Notes: generated from the sequence alone by a model not told the origin. Numbered from the stretch's first letter, positions 46,563 through 57,610 are shown. The stretch: 64,000 nucleotides of DNA from an uncultured Verrucomicrobiae bacterium (GCA_963756875.1 CAVWPA010000003.1:1056001-1120000); one strand, 5' to 3'. Numbers and translations: made by a program.

Positions 46563-48719
46563 ATGCCTGCGACTCTTACCGGCCCATTGCTTCGCCGCGA
46601 CGTTGGCGACGACCGCGTTTGCGTGCTCACGTTCGATCGCCCGGAATCGGGCGCGAACATCTTCGACGCCGCCGCGCTGAACGAATTGAACGAGCATCTC
46701 GATTTTATCGAAGGCGAAACGTCGCTGCGCGGCTTGATCGTCGCCTCGGCCAAGAAATCGATCTTCATCGCCGGCGCGGACTTGAAAACGCTATTGAAAC
46801 AGGCGCAAACCGGGGAGTTGCGTGATTTTATCGCGGAAGGCCAGCGTACCTTCAATCGCGTCGCCGCGCTGAAAATTCCGACCGTGGCGGCGATCCATGG
46901 CGCGTGCGCGGGCGGTGGTTACGAGATCACGCTGGCGTGCGATTGGCGGGTGGCTTCGGACGATCCGGCGACGCGAATCGGTTTGCCGGAGACGACGCTC
47001 GGTTTGCTCCCGGCCTGGGGCGGCTGCACGCGTCTCCCGCGTTTGATCGGGTTCGAGCGCGCCAGCGAAGTGATTTTGAAAGGCAAACTTCATTCTGCGC
47101 AGGACGCGTTGAAGGTTGGATTGGTTGATGAAACTGCACCGCGCGACCAGCTTCTCGATCGCGCGCGCAAAAAACTGGGCGAGGGGAAACGAAAAGCCGG
47201 GCCCTCACCCCACCCTCTCCCTCAGGGAGAGGCGGACGGCAAAGCCGCCGGTGAGGGTAAATCGCCTAAACCGCCGCGCGTCATCGGTAACGAGGCGCCC
47301 GGGCGCGCGTCGGAAGTTATCAAGAAAGGCCTGACAACTTCGGTCGATGAGTCGCTCAAGCTCGAGTTGGACGGGATTGTCCATCTCGGCAAAACGGAGT
47401 CGACGCAAAACCTGATTCGCAATTTTTTCCTCGCTGAGAAGTATAAAAGAGGAAAGTCCAAAGCTCCGGCTGAAAAAGTTGTGCACGCAGCAGTGATCGG
47501 CGCCGGCGTGATGGGTTCTGGCATTGCGCAATGGCTCAGCTCGCACGGAGTCACGGTAATTTTGCGCGACGTCAGCCGGGAACAGATTGATCGCGGCCTG
47601 GCCAACATCGAGAAGACCTACGCGGACGCGGTCAAACGCGGCTTGATGAATGAGGAAAAGGCGAAGCAGGGTCGCGCGCGCGTCGTTGCTTCGATGGCGC
47701 CGATGGAGTTGCGCGACGTGCAGTTTGTCATCGAAGCGGCTTCGGAAAAAATCGAGGTCAAAAAAGAAATCTTTCGCGACCTCTCCATGAAAGTCGGACA
47801 AAAGACGATTGTCGCGACCAATACGTCTGCGCTCCCGATCTCTGAACTGGCTGCAGTTACAATTTTGGCCGACCGCGTCGTGGGGCTGCACTTTTTCAAT
47901 CCGGTTAGCCGGATGAAACTCGTCGAGGTGGTGATTGGAAAAGAGACCGCGGCAACGACCCGGGAGAGCGCTTTGGCGTTTGTCAGGCAAATTGGAAAGC
48001 TCCCGGTTGTCGTGCGCGATTGCCCCGGGTTTCTGGTGAATCGCGTTCTGTTTCCGTACCTGCTCGATGCGGCGGAGCTTTTTGAAGCCGGTCTGGAAGC
48101 TGAGAAGATCGACAATGCCCTGCTGACATGGGGAATGCCGATGGGCCCGCTGCGACTGATCGACGAAATCGGCGGTGATGTAACAGTAGATATTGCCGCC
48201 ACTCTGGAGAAGGCATTCGGCCATCGCGATCAGGCGCCAGCCGTTCTTCTCTGGTTGAGGGACGGTCAAATGTTCGGACGCAAATCAGGCAACGGCTTTT
48301 ACAAATACGAAGGCAAGGCGACTACGCCTAACGAATCGCTTGTGCAATGGCAACAGGGACTGCATGGGGAGCCAGAGGGCCCGGAAGGACCTAATATTCC
48401 GCCAGGGAGCCATGGCGATCCGCGACTGCATCTGAACGAAGAGGAAATCGCACAGCGCCTTATCTTCCTGATGGTTAACGAGGCGGCTCGTTGCCTGGAG
48501 GAAAATGTGGTGGAATCGCCCGAAGACGCCGATTACGGAATGATTCTCGGCACCGGCTTCGCGCCGTTTCGCGGAGGTCCGCTGAGGTTCGCCGAAAATT
48601 TTGGGCTGAAGAAAGTCGTCGAGGCTATGGAGCGGCTGTCGCAGATAGAGAAGAAGTTTGGGCCGTGCGAACTCCTCAAAAAACACGCACGCGATGGGAC
48701 AAAATTTTATGAATCGTAG
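46563..48719 (+). CDS. Fatty-acid oxidation multifunctional enzyme alpha subunit (enoyl-CoA hydratase / 3-hydroxyacyl-CoA dehydrogenase, FadJ/FadB-like)
   Basis: FIAGAD, GGGYE, GLPE, GAGVMGSGIA, TNTS, GLHFFNP, PGFLVNR, PMGP. Confidence 0.93.
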   Translation: MPATLTGPLLRRDVGDDRVCVLTFDRPESGANIFDAAALNELNEHLDFIEGETSLRGLIVASAKKSIFIAGADLKTLLKQAQTGELRDFIAEGQRTFNRVAALKIPTVAAIHGACAGGGYEITLACDWRVASDDPATRIGLPETTLGLLPAWGGCTRLPRLIGFERASEVILKGKLHSAQDALKVGLVDETAPRDQLLDRARKKLGEGKRKAGPSPHPLPQGEADGKAAGEGKSPKPPRVIGNEAPGRASEVIKKGLTTSVDESLKLELDGIVHLGKTESTQNLIRNFFLAEKYKRGKSKAPAEKVVHAAVIGAGVMGSGIAQWLSSHGVTVILRDVSREQIDRGLANIEKTYADAVKRGLMNEEKAKQGRARVVASMAPMELRDVQFVIEAASEKIEVKKEIFRDLSMKVGQKTIVATNTSALPISELAAVTILADRVVGLHFFNPVSRMKLVEVVIGKETAATTRESALAFVRQIGKLPVVVRDCPGFLVNRVLFPYLLDAAELFEAGLEAEKIDNALLTWGMPMGPLRLIDEIGGDVTVDIAATLEKAFGHRDQAPAVLLWLRDGQMFGRKSGNGFYKYEGKATTPNESLVQWQQGLHGEPEGPEGPNIPPGSHGDPRLHLNEEEIAQRLIFLMVNEAARCLEENVVESPEDADYGMILGTGFAPFRGGPLRFAENFGLKKVVEAMERLSQIEKKFGPCELLKKHARDGTKFYES

Positions 48720-48839
48720 ACAGGTAGGGATGGCTAATGCCAGTCCGGCTCGGACCCGGGGGCGTCCGTCGAATCTTCATGCCGCGGCAAAAAGAAAATT
48801 AGTCGGCACGCTCGGAGATCGCGCCCTACCTTGAATAAA

Positions 48840-50771
48840 ATGAAATCCCCACCAGAAGCCCCTCAAAAGCAGGTCAGCGAAGAAACCAGCGCAAAACCGG
48901 AAAAAGTCGCCGGGTCGTCAGTAATCGACACGTCAAAAATGTCGAAGGGCAAGCGCGAAGCCCTTGAACTGGCCGAAGCGTCGCGCGACCCGTTGGACGA
49001 TCGCGGCAGTTTCGCCAGCAACTTGTTCGTGGGCCGGTACGATTTCGCCCGAATCCATCCATATCCCGCTCAAAGCGCCGAAGACCGCGCGGCCGGGGAG
49101 GAGTTTTTGACCAGCCTGAAAAAGTATCTTCGCGAGAACATCGACGCGGATGAAATCGACCGCACCGGTGAAATCCCGCAAAAGAACATCGAAGAGCTTT
49201 TCGCGATGGGCGCCTTCGGCGTGAAAATCCCGAAGCAGTACGGCGGTCTCGGTTTGTCCCAGGTGAACTACGGGCGCGCGGCGATGTTGCTCGGAAGCTG
49301 GGATGCAAATCTCACGGCGCTCGTCTCGGCGCATCAGTCGATTGGCGTTCCGCAGCCGTTGCTGCTTTTCGGAACGGAAGAACAGAAGAAAAAATACCTG
49401 CCGCGAGTTGCACGCAGCGAGATCTCCGCTTTCGCGCTCACGGAATGGAACGCCGGGTCGGATCCGGCGAACATGAGTTTGCGCGCCGATCCGACCGAAG
49501 ATGGTTCGGGGTTCATCCTGAACGGTGAAAAACTCTGGTGCACAAATTTGATTAAAGCCGGCGTGCTTGTGGTCATGGCGCAAACGGCGCCGAAAATTGT
49601 CAACGGCAGGGAGCGCAAGCAAATCACGGCCTTCATCGTCGACGTCGATTCGCCCGGCCTTGAGATCGCGTATCGCTGCCATTTCATGGGACTGCGCGCG
49701 CTTTACAACGGGATCGTGAAATTCACGAATGTGCGCGTGCCGCGCGAAAACATGATCTCGAAGGAAGGTGCGGGGTTAAAGGTCGCGCTCACGACGTTGA
49801 ACACCGGAAGGCTGACGATTCCGGCGGCATGCGTTGGTTTGTCGAAACGTTTGCTCGAGATCTGCCGCAAATGGGCGGGCGAGCGGATTCAGTGGGGCGT
49901 GCCGATTGGCCAGCACGCTGCCATTGCCGGGAAGATTGCGGAGATGGCGGGGAACGTTTTTGCCATGGAAGCGATGACGTTCCTGACTTCGTCCATGGTG
50001 GATCGCAAGGCAGGCGATCTGCGCATTGAAACCGCGATGTGCAAAATGTGGGCTACGGAAACGACATGGAAGATTGCCGATGACGCCATGCAGGTGCGCG
50101 GCGGCCGCGGTTACGAGACGGCGCAATCGCTCGCCGGTCGCGGCGAAGAACCGGTTCCGGTGGAACGTTTCCTGCGCGATTGCCGCATTAACCTGATCTT
50201 CGAAGGATCCAGCGAGATCATGCGGCTCTTCATCGCCCGCGAAGCGCTCGATCCGCATTTGAAAGTCGGCGGCGCGATTTTCAACACGCAATTGCCGATG
50301 TCCGAGCGCGCGAAAGCCGTTTTCACTTCCGGGAAATTTTATGCCGGCTGGTATCCGCGCCAGTGGATACCGGGCGACGCAGGCAAGATCGAGAACTTGC
50401 ATGAGACGTTGCGCGGCCACGTCAACTATGCGGCGCGGGCAAGCAAGCGACTCGCGCGTGGATTATTTCACGCCATGGCGCGGTTTGGTCCGAAGCTTGA
50501 TCGCCAGCAATTGTTGCTCTCGCGTTTCGTCGGAATCGCCACGGAACTTTTCGCCATCAGCGCCACCTGTTCCTTCGCCCAATCGAAAATCGATGGTGGC
50601 ATGGCTGCCGACGAGGTCCTTTCCGTCGCCGATTATTTCTGCCGGTCCGCGCGGATGCGGATCGATCAGCATTTTGCCGGCACAGCACGCAACGCCGACA
50701 AGCGTGGTTACCAACTCACGCAGGAGTTGCTGGCGGGAAAGCACGCGGACTTGCGTGAGGGGATCGTGTAA
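48840..50771 (+). CDS. Acyl-CoA dehydrogenase (long ACAD9/VLCAD-like)
   Basis: AFALTE..AGSD, NGEKLWCTN, GGRGY, IFEGSSEI. Confidence 0.93.
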   Translation: MKSPPEAPQKQVSEETSAKPEKVAGSSVIDTSKMSKGKREALELAEASRDPLDDRGSFASNLFVGRYDFARIHPYPAQSAEDRAAGEEFLTSLKKYLRENIDADEIDRTGEIPQKNIEELFAMGAFGVKIPKQYGGLGLSQVNYGRAAMLLGSWDANLTALVSAHQSIGVPQPLLLFGTEEQKKKYLPRVARSEISAFALTEWNAGSDPANMSLRADPTEDGSGFILNGEKLWCTNLIKAGVLVVMAQTAPKIVNGRERKQITAFIVDVDSPGLEIAYRCHFMGLRALYNGIVKFTNVRVPRENMISKEGAGLKVALTTLNTGRLTIPAACVGLSKRLLEICRKWAGERIQWGVPIGQHAAIAGKIAEMAGNVFAMEAMTFLTSSMVDRKAGDLRIETAMCKMWATETTWKIADDAMQVRGGRGYETAQSLAGRGEEPVPVERFLRDCRINLIFEGSSEIMRLFIAREALDPHLKVGGAIFNTQLPMSERAKAVFTSGKFYAGWYPRQWIPGDAGKIENLHETLRGHVNYAARASKRLARGLFHAMARFGPKLDRQQLLLSRFVGIATELFAISATCSFAQSKIDGGMAADEVLSVADYFCRSARMRIDQHFAGTARNADKRGYQLTQELLAGKHADLREGIV

Positions 50772-50783
50772 GGGGAGCGGAGC

Positions 50784-50907
50784 TCTGGGGAGCGCACGCG
50801 CCCTCGCGTGCCCGTTGCGGCGCCCTCGCCGCAATGCTCTGGAAGGCAAAAGTTCGCGATGGCGAGGGCGCCATCGCCAGCACGCGAGGGCGCGTGCGCT
50901 CCCCAGA
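50784..50907. repeat. Long palindromic element with 28-bp inverted termini; family copies at 55833-56005 and a half copy at 59829-59885
   Basis: TCTGGGGAGCGCACGCGCCCTCGCGTGC...GCACGCGAGGGCGCGTGCGCTCCCCAGA with internal hairpins. Confidence 0.9.
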
Positions 50908-51101
50908 AGGATTTCGTCGGCTCGACCGAGTCTCGCCCCACCAGCTGGCTCTTCCACCGCTACGTTGATTCGCTAAAGCGTTAGAGTCGTAGTTTCCCGT
51001 GACGCTTGGTGCTTGGGCCTTGATGCTTCTCTGGTGCTTGGATGTTGGAGCTTGGAGCTTCCCTGGGATTTGGAACTTGGGCTTTGGGGTTTTCTATTCG
51101 C

Positions 51102-52361
51102 CTAGCCTTCGAACCGTCGGAGCACTAGCGCGACGTTGGCGCCGCCGAACGCGCTGGAATTCTTTAGTACCATTTTCGGTGCGTGGTCGATTGGATGGGT
51201 AACGATGCGCGAGTCCGCGCAGGCCGGATCGAGCTCGGTGATGTTCATTGATACCGGTGTGAATTTTTCGCGAATCGCAAGCGAACACATTCCCAGCTCG
51301 AACGCGCCGGCCATGGAAAGACCGTGCCCGGTCTGACTTTTTGTGCTGCTGATCCAGGGCGAATTTTTCGTAAACACGCTTTGGATCCCGCGAACTTCGG
51401 CCACGTCGCCGATGGGAGTAGAAGTGGCGTGCGCGTGAATGTAGTCAATGTTCTCGAGCGAGACCTGCGCGTCGTCGAGTGCCAGGCGAATAGCGCGGGC
51501 CAGACCCTGGCCGTTCGGTTCGGGCGCCATGATGTTGTAGCCGTCGGAGGTCTGGCCCCAGCCCAGCGCTTCCGCGTAAATTTGCGCATTTCGCTTTTTG
51601 GCGTGTTCCAATTCCTCCAAAACGAGAACCGCAGATCCGCCGGTGCCCGCAAAACCGTCGCGTTTCACATCAAAAGCGCAGGGACTCGTCTTCGGATCGG
51701 TGGAACGTGTCAGGGCGCGCACGCCCGCAAAGGGCAAAAGCGTGTGTGCGTCTTCTTCTTCCGCACCCACCACGAAGACTCTGTCCTGCCGGTTTTGCCG
51801 GATCAGATCGAACCCGTACCCAAAGGCATGGGCTGAGGAAGAACAAGCGCTGACAAAACCAGTAGACGCTCCGCGGATTTTAAAGACTGCCACCAGGTTG
51901 AAGCTAAGGGTGCCCGCAATGCTCGCCGGCAAAGTAAACGGATGACATTTGAGAGGGCCGACCTCGAGCATTTTTTTCATGTTATTAAACGTGAGCCGGG
52001 CCGAGCCGGCCGAGGCACAAAGTAAACCCGTGCGCGGGTCGGAAACCGCCTCGGGAGTCAGACCTGCGTCGGCAATGGCCTCTCGCATCGCGCCAAATGC
52101 AAAAACCACGTGCGGGGCCATCGAACGCAATTGTTTGCGCGGAATTTCGATTCCCTTCGGAAAAGTCCATTTATCGGAATCTTCTCCGGGAAACTTGAAG
52201 CCCTTGATTGTTCCGGCGAGGCGTACCGGAGATTTCGGCCGGTCCAGGTCGGGATCGAGCTCGATGCCCGTGCGTTGATGCAGCAGACTGTCGAGCACTT
52301 CCGCCCGACTGTTTCCGATGCTGCTGATGAAACCCAGGCCTGTAACAACAACTCGTCTCAC
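51102..52361 (-). CDS. fabB: Beta-ketoacyl-ACP synthase I
   Basis: RRVVVTGLG, SACSSS, HAHATSTPIGD, STKSQTGH, FGGAN; canonical Cys-His-His. Confidence 0.8.
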   Translation of the reverse strand: MRRVVVTGLGFISSIGNSRAEVLDSLLHQRTGIELDPDLDRPKSPVRLAGTIKGFKFPGEDSDKWTFPKGIEIPRKQLRSMAPHVVFAFGAMREAIADAGLTPEAVSDPRTGLLCASAGSARLTFNNMKKMLEVGPLKCHPFTLPASIAGTLSFNLVAVFKIRGASTGFVSACSSSAHAFGYGFDLIRQNRQDRVFVVGAEEEDAHTLLPFAGVRALTRSTDPKTSPCAFDVKRDGFAGTGGSAVLVLEELEHAKKRNAQIYAEALGWGQTSDGYNIMAPEPNGQGLARAIRLALDDAQVSLENIDYIHAHATSTPIGDVAEVRGIQSVFTKNSPWISSTKSQTGHGLSMAGAFELGMCSLAIREKFTPVSMNITELDPACADSRIVTHPIDHAPKMVLKNSSAFGGANVALVLRRFEG

Positions 52362-52774
52362 GATTGGCGATTGGCTGGCTTGCGAGCCATTTTACAAATG
52401 TTGTAGCCACGCCCCTGCCTGCCACGACGCGGCGTTGCGAAGGCCGATGGAGCGTTTTCACCACTCTCCCTGACGGCGCACAGCGCCGTAGCTGCACCCA
52501 CCTGTATATTTATGGCACGACTTGTAGACATGGGGAGCAGATTGAAGGCGCTCACCATCGCTCAAAGTCTTGGATTCGCCACTAACAATTGCTGCCGCGC
52601 GGGATACAGCGGCCGGATCGGTTGCAGGGCAGGCGGTCGCCGCGGCGACCTTGCCGGTCTAACAGTTGGCAACCGATGCGGTTGCCTGCAATTGGCCCAT
52701 CAGCTTCGCTTTCCCTTGTAAGATCATAACCTGCGCCGTTTGACCACCTTGGGTGCTGCGACTACGATCATTAG

Positions 52775-54163
52775 ATGAGTATGCCTCCCGTGCTCACCGG
52801 GGCGGCGCGCACCCCTTCGCGACGCCGCATGAGCAGCAGCGAAGATCAATCAATTGGCGCCCCCGACGTTTTAAAAACGATCGAGCAGCACATTCTGCTC
52901 GACGGTTTCAAAATCGTCATCGACCTGGAAAAGAGTCGCGGCCCTTATCTATACAACGCCATTAGCGGACGGCCCCTGATCGATCTCTACGGATTTTTCG
53001 GGTCGATGCCGGTGGGGTTCAATCATCCATATTTCGAGCAGGCCGAGGTTCAACGCGATCTTCTACGCGCGGCAAAAGTGAAAATCGCAAACTCGGACGT
53101 TTACTCAGCGGGTTATGCGGAATTTGTTGAAGCATTTTCCAGAGTAATGGGATTGCCGCCGCTGGATCGTTATTTACTGATCGAAGGCGGCGCGCTCGCG
53201 GTCGAAAATTGTTTGAAAGCGGCGATGGATTGGAAGGTGCGAAAGAACATGGCGGCTGGCCACGGCGAGCGCGGCACCGAAATCTTGCATTTCCGCCGCG
53301 CCTTTCACGGCCGCAGCGGCTACACCATGAGCCTCACCAATACCGATCCGCGCAAGACCGACCTGTTTGCAAAGTTCGATTGGCCGCGTGTTTCCTGCCC
53401 GCACATTGATTTTTCGCTGCCGGAGTCGAAGCGCGAAGCCGATGTCATCGAGCGTGAGAAGAAATCCGAAGCGGAGATCCTGGCCTGCCTCGAAACGCGC
53501 AAGATCGATATTTGCGCCATCATTATTGAGCCGATCCAGGGCGAAGGTGGCGACAATTATTTTCGCGGCGAATGGTTAAAAAAGCTGCGCGAGATCTGCG
53601 ATGGCAACGACATCCTCCTCATTTTCGACGAGGTGCAGTGCGGCATGGGCGCAACCGGACGCAATTGGTGCTGCGAGCATTTCGGTGTGTTGCCAGACCT
53701 GCTTGCGTTCGGAAAAAAAGCGCAAGTTTGCGGAGTGATGGCCGGCCCGCGTCTTGATGAAGTGAAAGACAACGCGTTCCGCTTGCCGGGCCGGCTAAAC
53801 TCGACCTGGGGCGGCAATTTTACCGACATGGTTCGCTCCACGCATTACCTGCGCATCATCGAAGAGGAGCATCTCGTTGAGAATGCGGCAAAGGTCGGCG
53901 CGTATTTCCTCGATCAACTGCGCGAAGTGCAAAACGAATTTGACGTCATCAAGGGAGCGCGCGGACGCGGAATGCTTCTGGCGTTCGATTTGCCCGATCC
54001 CAAAACGCGCGAGGAAATGTGGAAGGGGCTATTCGATCTTGGCGTCCTGACATTGCGTTCCGGCGAGCGATCAATCCGTTTCCGTCCCGCGCTCGATATG
54101 ACGGCGGGCGTCGTCGACGAGGCGATCCAGCTGATGCGCAAATACTGCCGGGAGCGAAAATGA
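52775..54163 (+). CDS. lat: L-lysine 6-aminotransferase (start may be 52829)
   Basis: HILLDGF, GGALAVEN.LKAA.DWK, AFHGRSGYTMSLTNT, EPIQGEGGD, DEVQ, FGKK, NSTWGG. Confidence 0.88.
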   Translation: MSMPPVLTGAARTPSRRRMSSSEDQSIGAPDVLKTIEQHILLDGFKIVIDLEKSRGPYLYNAISGRPLIDLYGFFGSMPVGFNHPYFEQAEVQRDLLRAAKVKIANSDVYSAGYAEFVEAFSRVMGLPPLDRYLLIEGGALAVENCLKAAMDWKVRKNMAAGHGERGTEILHFRRAFHGRSGYTMSLTNTDPRKTDLFAKFDWPRVSCPHIDFSLPESKREADVIEREKKSEAEILACLETRKIDICAIIIEPIQGEGGDNYFRGEWLKKLREICDGNDILLIFDEVQCGMGATGRNWCCEHFGVLPDLLAFGKKAQVCGVMAGPRLDEVKDNAFRLPGRLNSTWGGNFTDMVRSTHYLRIIEEEHLVENAAKVGAYFLDQLREVQNEFDVIKGARGRGMLLAFDLPDPKTREEMWKGLFDLGVLTLRSGERSIRFRPALDMTAGVVDEAIQLMRKYCRERK

Positions 54164-54233
54164 CGATAAACCGCTGCAGCCGCGGTCGCTGACCGCGGAG
54201 AAGCCGCAGCCAGCGGCAGCGGCTACAACAATT

Positions 54234-55781
54234 ATGAAAACCACGCTCGAAAAACTCGGCATCGCCGACGAAAATCCCGGCGTCTTTTGCGGGGAATGGC
54301 GAGGAGGCGGTGCGAAGATCGACAAAATTTCGCCCATTGACGGCCGGAAACTCGCAAGCCTACATACGGCGTCCGGAGAGGATTACGACGCGGCAATAGG
54401 CCGTGCGCATGAAGCGTTTTTGAAGTGGCGCGTGACGCCCGGTCCTGTGCGTGGCGAAACGGTGCGCCGTCTCGGCAACGCGCTTCGCGAAATGAAACAT
54501 GAGCTGGGCCAGCTCGTGACGCTCGAGACAGGGAAGATCATTGCCGAAGGCGAAGGCGAAGTGCAGGAGATGATCGATATTTGCGATCTCGCCGTCGGCC
54601 AATCGCGGATGCTTTACGGCCTGACGATCCAGTCGGAACGCCCGAACCATCGCTTAATGGAGCAATGGCATCCGCTGGGTGTCGTCGCCGTGATCAGCGC
54701 ATTCAATTTTCCGGTGGCGGTTTGGTCGTGGAACGCCGCGCTCGCGGCGGTTTGCGGCGACGCGACCGTCTGGAAGCCGTCGGACAAGACACCGCTCACT
54801 GCGATCGCGGTCACAAAAATCGCGGAGCGCGTATGCCGCGACACCGATGCCGACCCGGCCATCTTTACTCTGCTCGCGGGCGACCGCAAAACGGTTGGAC
54901 AAAAACTGGCGGACGACGCGCGGATTCCGATGGTATCGGCTACGGGCTCGGTGAACATGGGGTTGAACGTGGCGAAAGCTGTCCATGGCCGGTTAGGCAG
55001 AACGATCATGGAACTCGGCGGCAATAATGCGCTGATCGTTACGCCGACCGCCGATATCGAGATGGCGACGCAATCGATCTTCTTCGGCGCGGTCGGTACC
55101 GCCGGGCAACGTTGCACTTCGACACGGCGCGTGATCATGCACGAATCGATTGCCGACAAGATTCGCAAGAAACTGTTGGCCGCTTACAAGAGTCTGCCCA
55201 TCGGGAACCCGCTCGACAGAAAGACGCTAATGGGTCCGTTGATCGACAAGGGCGCGGTCGACATGGTGCAGCAATCCGTCCAACGATTGAAAGACGAAGG
55301 CGGTGAAGTCCTTTACGGAGGCGAACGTTTGGAAGGTCCGCAATACCCGGGCGGCGCCTACATGACGCCGTGTCTGGCGAGTGCGACGCCCGATTTTGAG
55401 ATTGTATGTCACGAAACGTTCGGCCCGCTGCTTTATTTGATGACCTATCGCGATTTCGATGAAGCGATCGCGATCCAAAACGGCGTGCCGCAGGGATTGA
55501 CGTCGTCGATCTTCACCAACGACGCGCGCGAGGCGGAGAAGTTCATGAGCGCAGCCGGGAGCGATTGTGGAATCGCGAACGTGAACACCGGCACCAGCGG
55601 CGCGGAAATCGGCGGCGCGTTTGGCGGCGAGAAGCAAACCGGCGGCGGCCGCGAAAGCGGAAGCGATTGCTGGAAGCAGTACATGCGCCGGCAGACGAAC
55701 ACGATCAATTTTTCGAGCGAGCTGCCGCTCGCACAGGGCATTCATTTCGGCGGCCCGGACGAAGGCAGCTCGACCGCGTAG
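54234..55781 (+). CDS. Aldehyde dehydrogenase family 7 (aminoadipate-semialdehyde / piperideine-6-carboxylate dehydrogenase, AmaB/Pcd-like)
   Basis: GEVQEMIDICD, AFNFPVAVW, ELGGNNA, GQRCTS, SGAEIGGAFGGEK.TGGGRESGSD. Confidence 0.9.
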   Translation: MKTTLEKLGIADENPGVFCGEWRGGGAKIDKISPIDGRKLASLHTASGEDYDAAIGRAHEAFLKWRVTPGPVRGETVRRLGNALREMKHELGQLVTLETGKIIAEGEGEVQEMIDICDLAVGQSRMLYGLTIQSERPNHRLMEQWHPLGVVAVISAFNFPVAVWSWNAALAAVCGDATVWKPSDKTPLTAIAVTKIAERVCRDTDADPAIFTLLAGDRKTVGQKLADDARIPMVSATGSVNMGLNVAKAVHGRLGRTIMELGGNNALIVTPTADIEMATQSIFFGAVGTAGQRCTSTRRVIMHESIADKIRKKLLAAYKSLPIGNPLDRKTLMGPLIDKGAVDMVQQSVQRLKDEGGEVLYGGERLEGPQYPGGAYMTPCLASATPDFEIVCHETFGPLLYLMTYRDFDEAIAIQNGVPQGLTSSIFTNDAREAEKFMSAAGSDCGIANVNTGTSGAEIGGAFGGEKQTGGGRESGSDCWKQYMRRQTNTINFSSELPLAQGIHFGGPDEGSSTA

Positions 55782-55832
55782 TTACAGAGTAACAGCGCGC
55801 GGACCTGTAGCCACGGCCCTGCGGGCCGTTTC

Positions 55833-56005
55833 TCTCCGGGTAGCGCACGCGTCTCGCGTGCTGGCGATGGCGTCTCGCCATCGTGAACTTTTCTAAAGCA
55901 TCCTATCTCTTAAAACGCCTTTTAACCGAGACCGCGCGTTGGAAAGGAAGATTGTTTCGGCGAGGCGCCGAAACCAGCACGCGAGACGCGTGCGCTACCC
56001 GGAGA
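55833..56005. repeat. Long palindromic element between the convergent ALDH7 and PrpD-like genes (possible terminator function)
   Basis: TCTCCGGGTAGCGCACGCGTCTCGCGTGCTGG...CCAGCACGCGAGACGCGTGCGCTACCCGGAGA. Confidence 0.9.
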
Positions 56006-56017
56006 ATCCGCCCTCCA

Positions 56018-57453
56018 TCAGCGTGCGATCGTCAGCCCGAGAAGTTCGTCGACTTTCTTCGCGGCATCGAGATTCATGATGGCCTTCTGCAACTTCTTGC
56101 ATCGGTCCTTGCCGATCACGTCGCCGCCCAGCGCGTTGAATTTCACCGCGATTTCGTCCTCGGTCATGGGATCGCGCGGATCGCCTTTTGGAACATCGAC
56201 ACGCGTGGAGTGCGATTTGCCGTCATTCGTGGTGATCGTCACACGGCTCGGCTGAAACTTCGGAAACAGCGCTTCGAATTCTTCGTTAGGCACTACCTTG
56301 ACCTTGTCCATAATCGGAATGAGCGCCTTGTCGCGCACGCGTTCCTCCTTGAACTGCAACGGCGTTACCATGCCATCGACCAAACCGGCGGCCATGCAGT
56401 AGGGGAGGGAATGATCCGCAGTTTCCTTGGAATCCGGCCGATACTTGTGCGGGTCGCCCAGAATGTCCGCGGCACGCGCGATCACTTCCACTTTGATTTC
56501 CTTCACGTCACCGGCCTTGATGTTGTGTTCTTTTACGGTCTTCATCATGGCGGTGAGCGGCGAATGACTGAGCGCTTCGATCGGGAAACTCTTCATCCCG
56601 CAATCGAGAATCCGGTAATGAGACTTCGGTCGAGTCGGGAAGGTCTGTGACCAAGCGCTTCGCCATCGAAAGTTGCGGGCTCGCCCTTGTATTGCACATG
56701 ATGGAAGACCGCGAACAAGCCTTCCTTCCCGTCAATGATGTGTTCGGGGCCCGAAAATCCATCGAGTGCCAGGAGCGCGCTCTCGACGCCCATGCGTCCG
56801 GCCCATGGATCGACTGTGTTTTTCATGTTGGTCAGTTTGCCCGCGGTTACCGCGCCCGGACAAAACGTTCGAGACGCGCTGATGCCGATCGCGGAAACCA
56901 TCTGCGCCGGCGTCAGGTTGAGCATGCGGCCGGCAGCGACCGGCGCCGCAAACGCGCTCAAGGTTGCGTGATGCCAACCGTACTCGCGCACACCCGGACG
57001 TCCGATTTCGCAAAGCCGCATCTCGATTTCGTAGGCGATGATCGTGGCGAGGATCAGATCCTTGCCGCTCAGTCCTTCACTCTCGCAAAGCGCAAGTGGC
57101 GCCGCGATGAGATCGCTCGGATGACACGGATCGGCTTTCCAATAAATGTCGTTGTAATCCATGGAACGGATCATGTGACCGTTGAGAAACGCAGCATCGA
57201 CCGGGTTGGTCTTGAATCCGGAGACGAACGCGGTGGCCTTGCCGCTGCCGCTCCCCATCGCGCGGTAATGCTTCATTAAAATTATCGCATCTTCCTGCTG
57301 ACTCCCGCCAAGCGCGCAGCCGATGGAATCGAACCAAAATAATTTCGCGGCTTGAATCGCCTCCGGCGAAAGATGCTCGTATTTTAGCGAGCAAGCCCAG
57401 TCGGCGATGGTGTAGGATAAAAGGTGCTTTGAATCAGTCGATTGCTTTGTCAT
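56018..57453 (-). CDS. MmgE/PrpD family dehydratase, split by a frameshift at ~56635-56655
   Basis: DYND, HPSD, GWHH in the 5' ORF; MKSFP, ETADHSLPY, PKGDPRDP in the 3' ORF. The junction rebuilds as EALVTDLPTRPKSHYRILDCGMKSFP. Confidence 0.85.
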
Positions 57454-57610
57454 ATGATCTTCATGGTTACGATTGGGCTGGAATTGTGAGTTTCTGGCCC
57501 GCGAATCACACGAATCACGCTAAAATGTCGAGCCAGCAAATCGAATCTAAGAATTCCTATCAGTTCGCGTCAATTCCAGTTATTCGCGGGTGTCTTTTCC
57601 TTGCTCCGTC

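Noticed and set aside
50784..51090. CRISPR array or integron attC array from the palindromic and heptamer repeats
   Set aside because: No regularly spaced identical repeats with unique spacers, and no cas or integrase gene; the repeats are dispersed REP-like elements.
2204..52361. Type II PKS cluster formed by the two ketosynthases and ACP
   Set aside because: The genes are tens of kb apart, acpP and fabB look like housekeeping copies, and no cyclase or tailoring genes adjoin the atypical KS.
52362..52774. Lysine riboswitch or other ncRNA upstream of lat
   Set aside because: No recognisable consensus; part of the gap is a GTAG REP. An Rfam scan is needed to exclude it fully.
56593..56660. 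Programmed ribosomal frameshift in the PrpD-like gene (and in the CysJ-like and dehydrogenase genes)
   Set aside because: No slippery heptamer is present, and several unrelated genes show the same extra-base pattern, so sequencing error is simpler.
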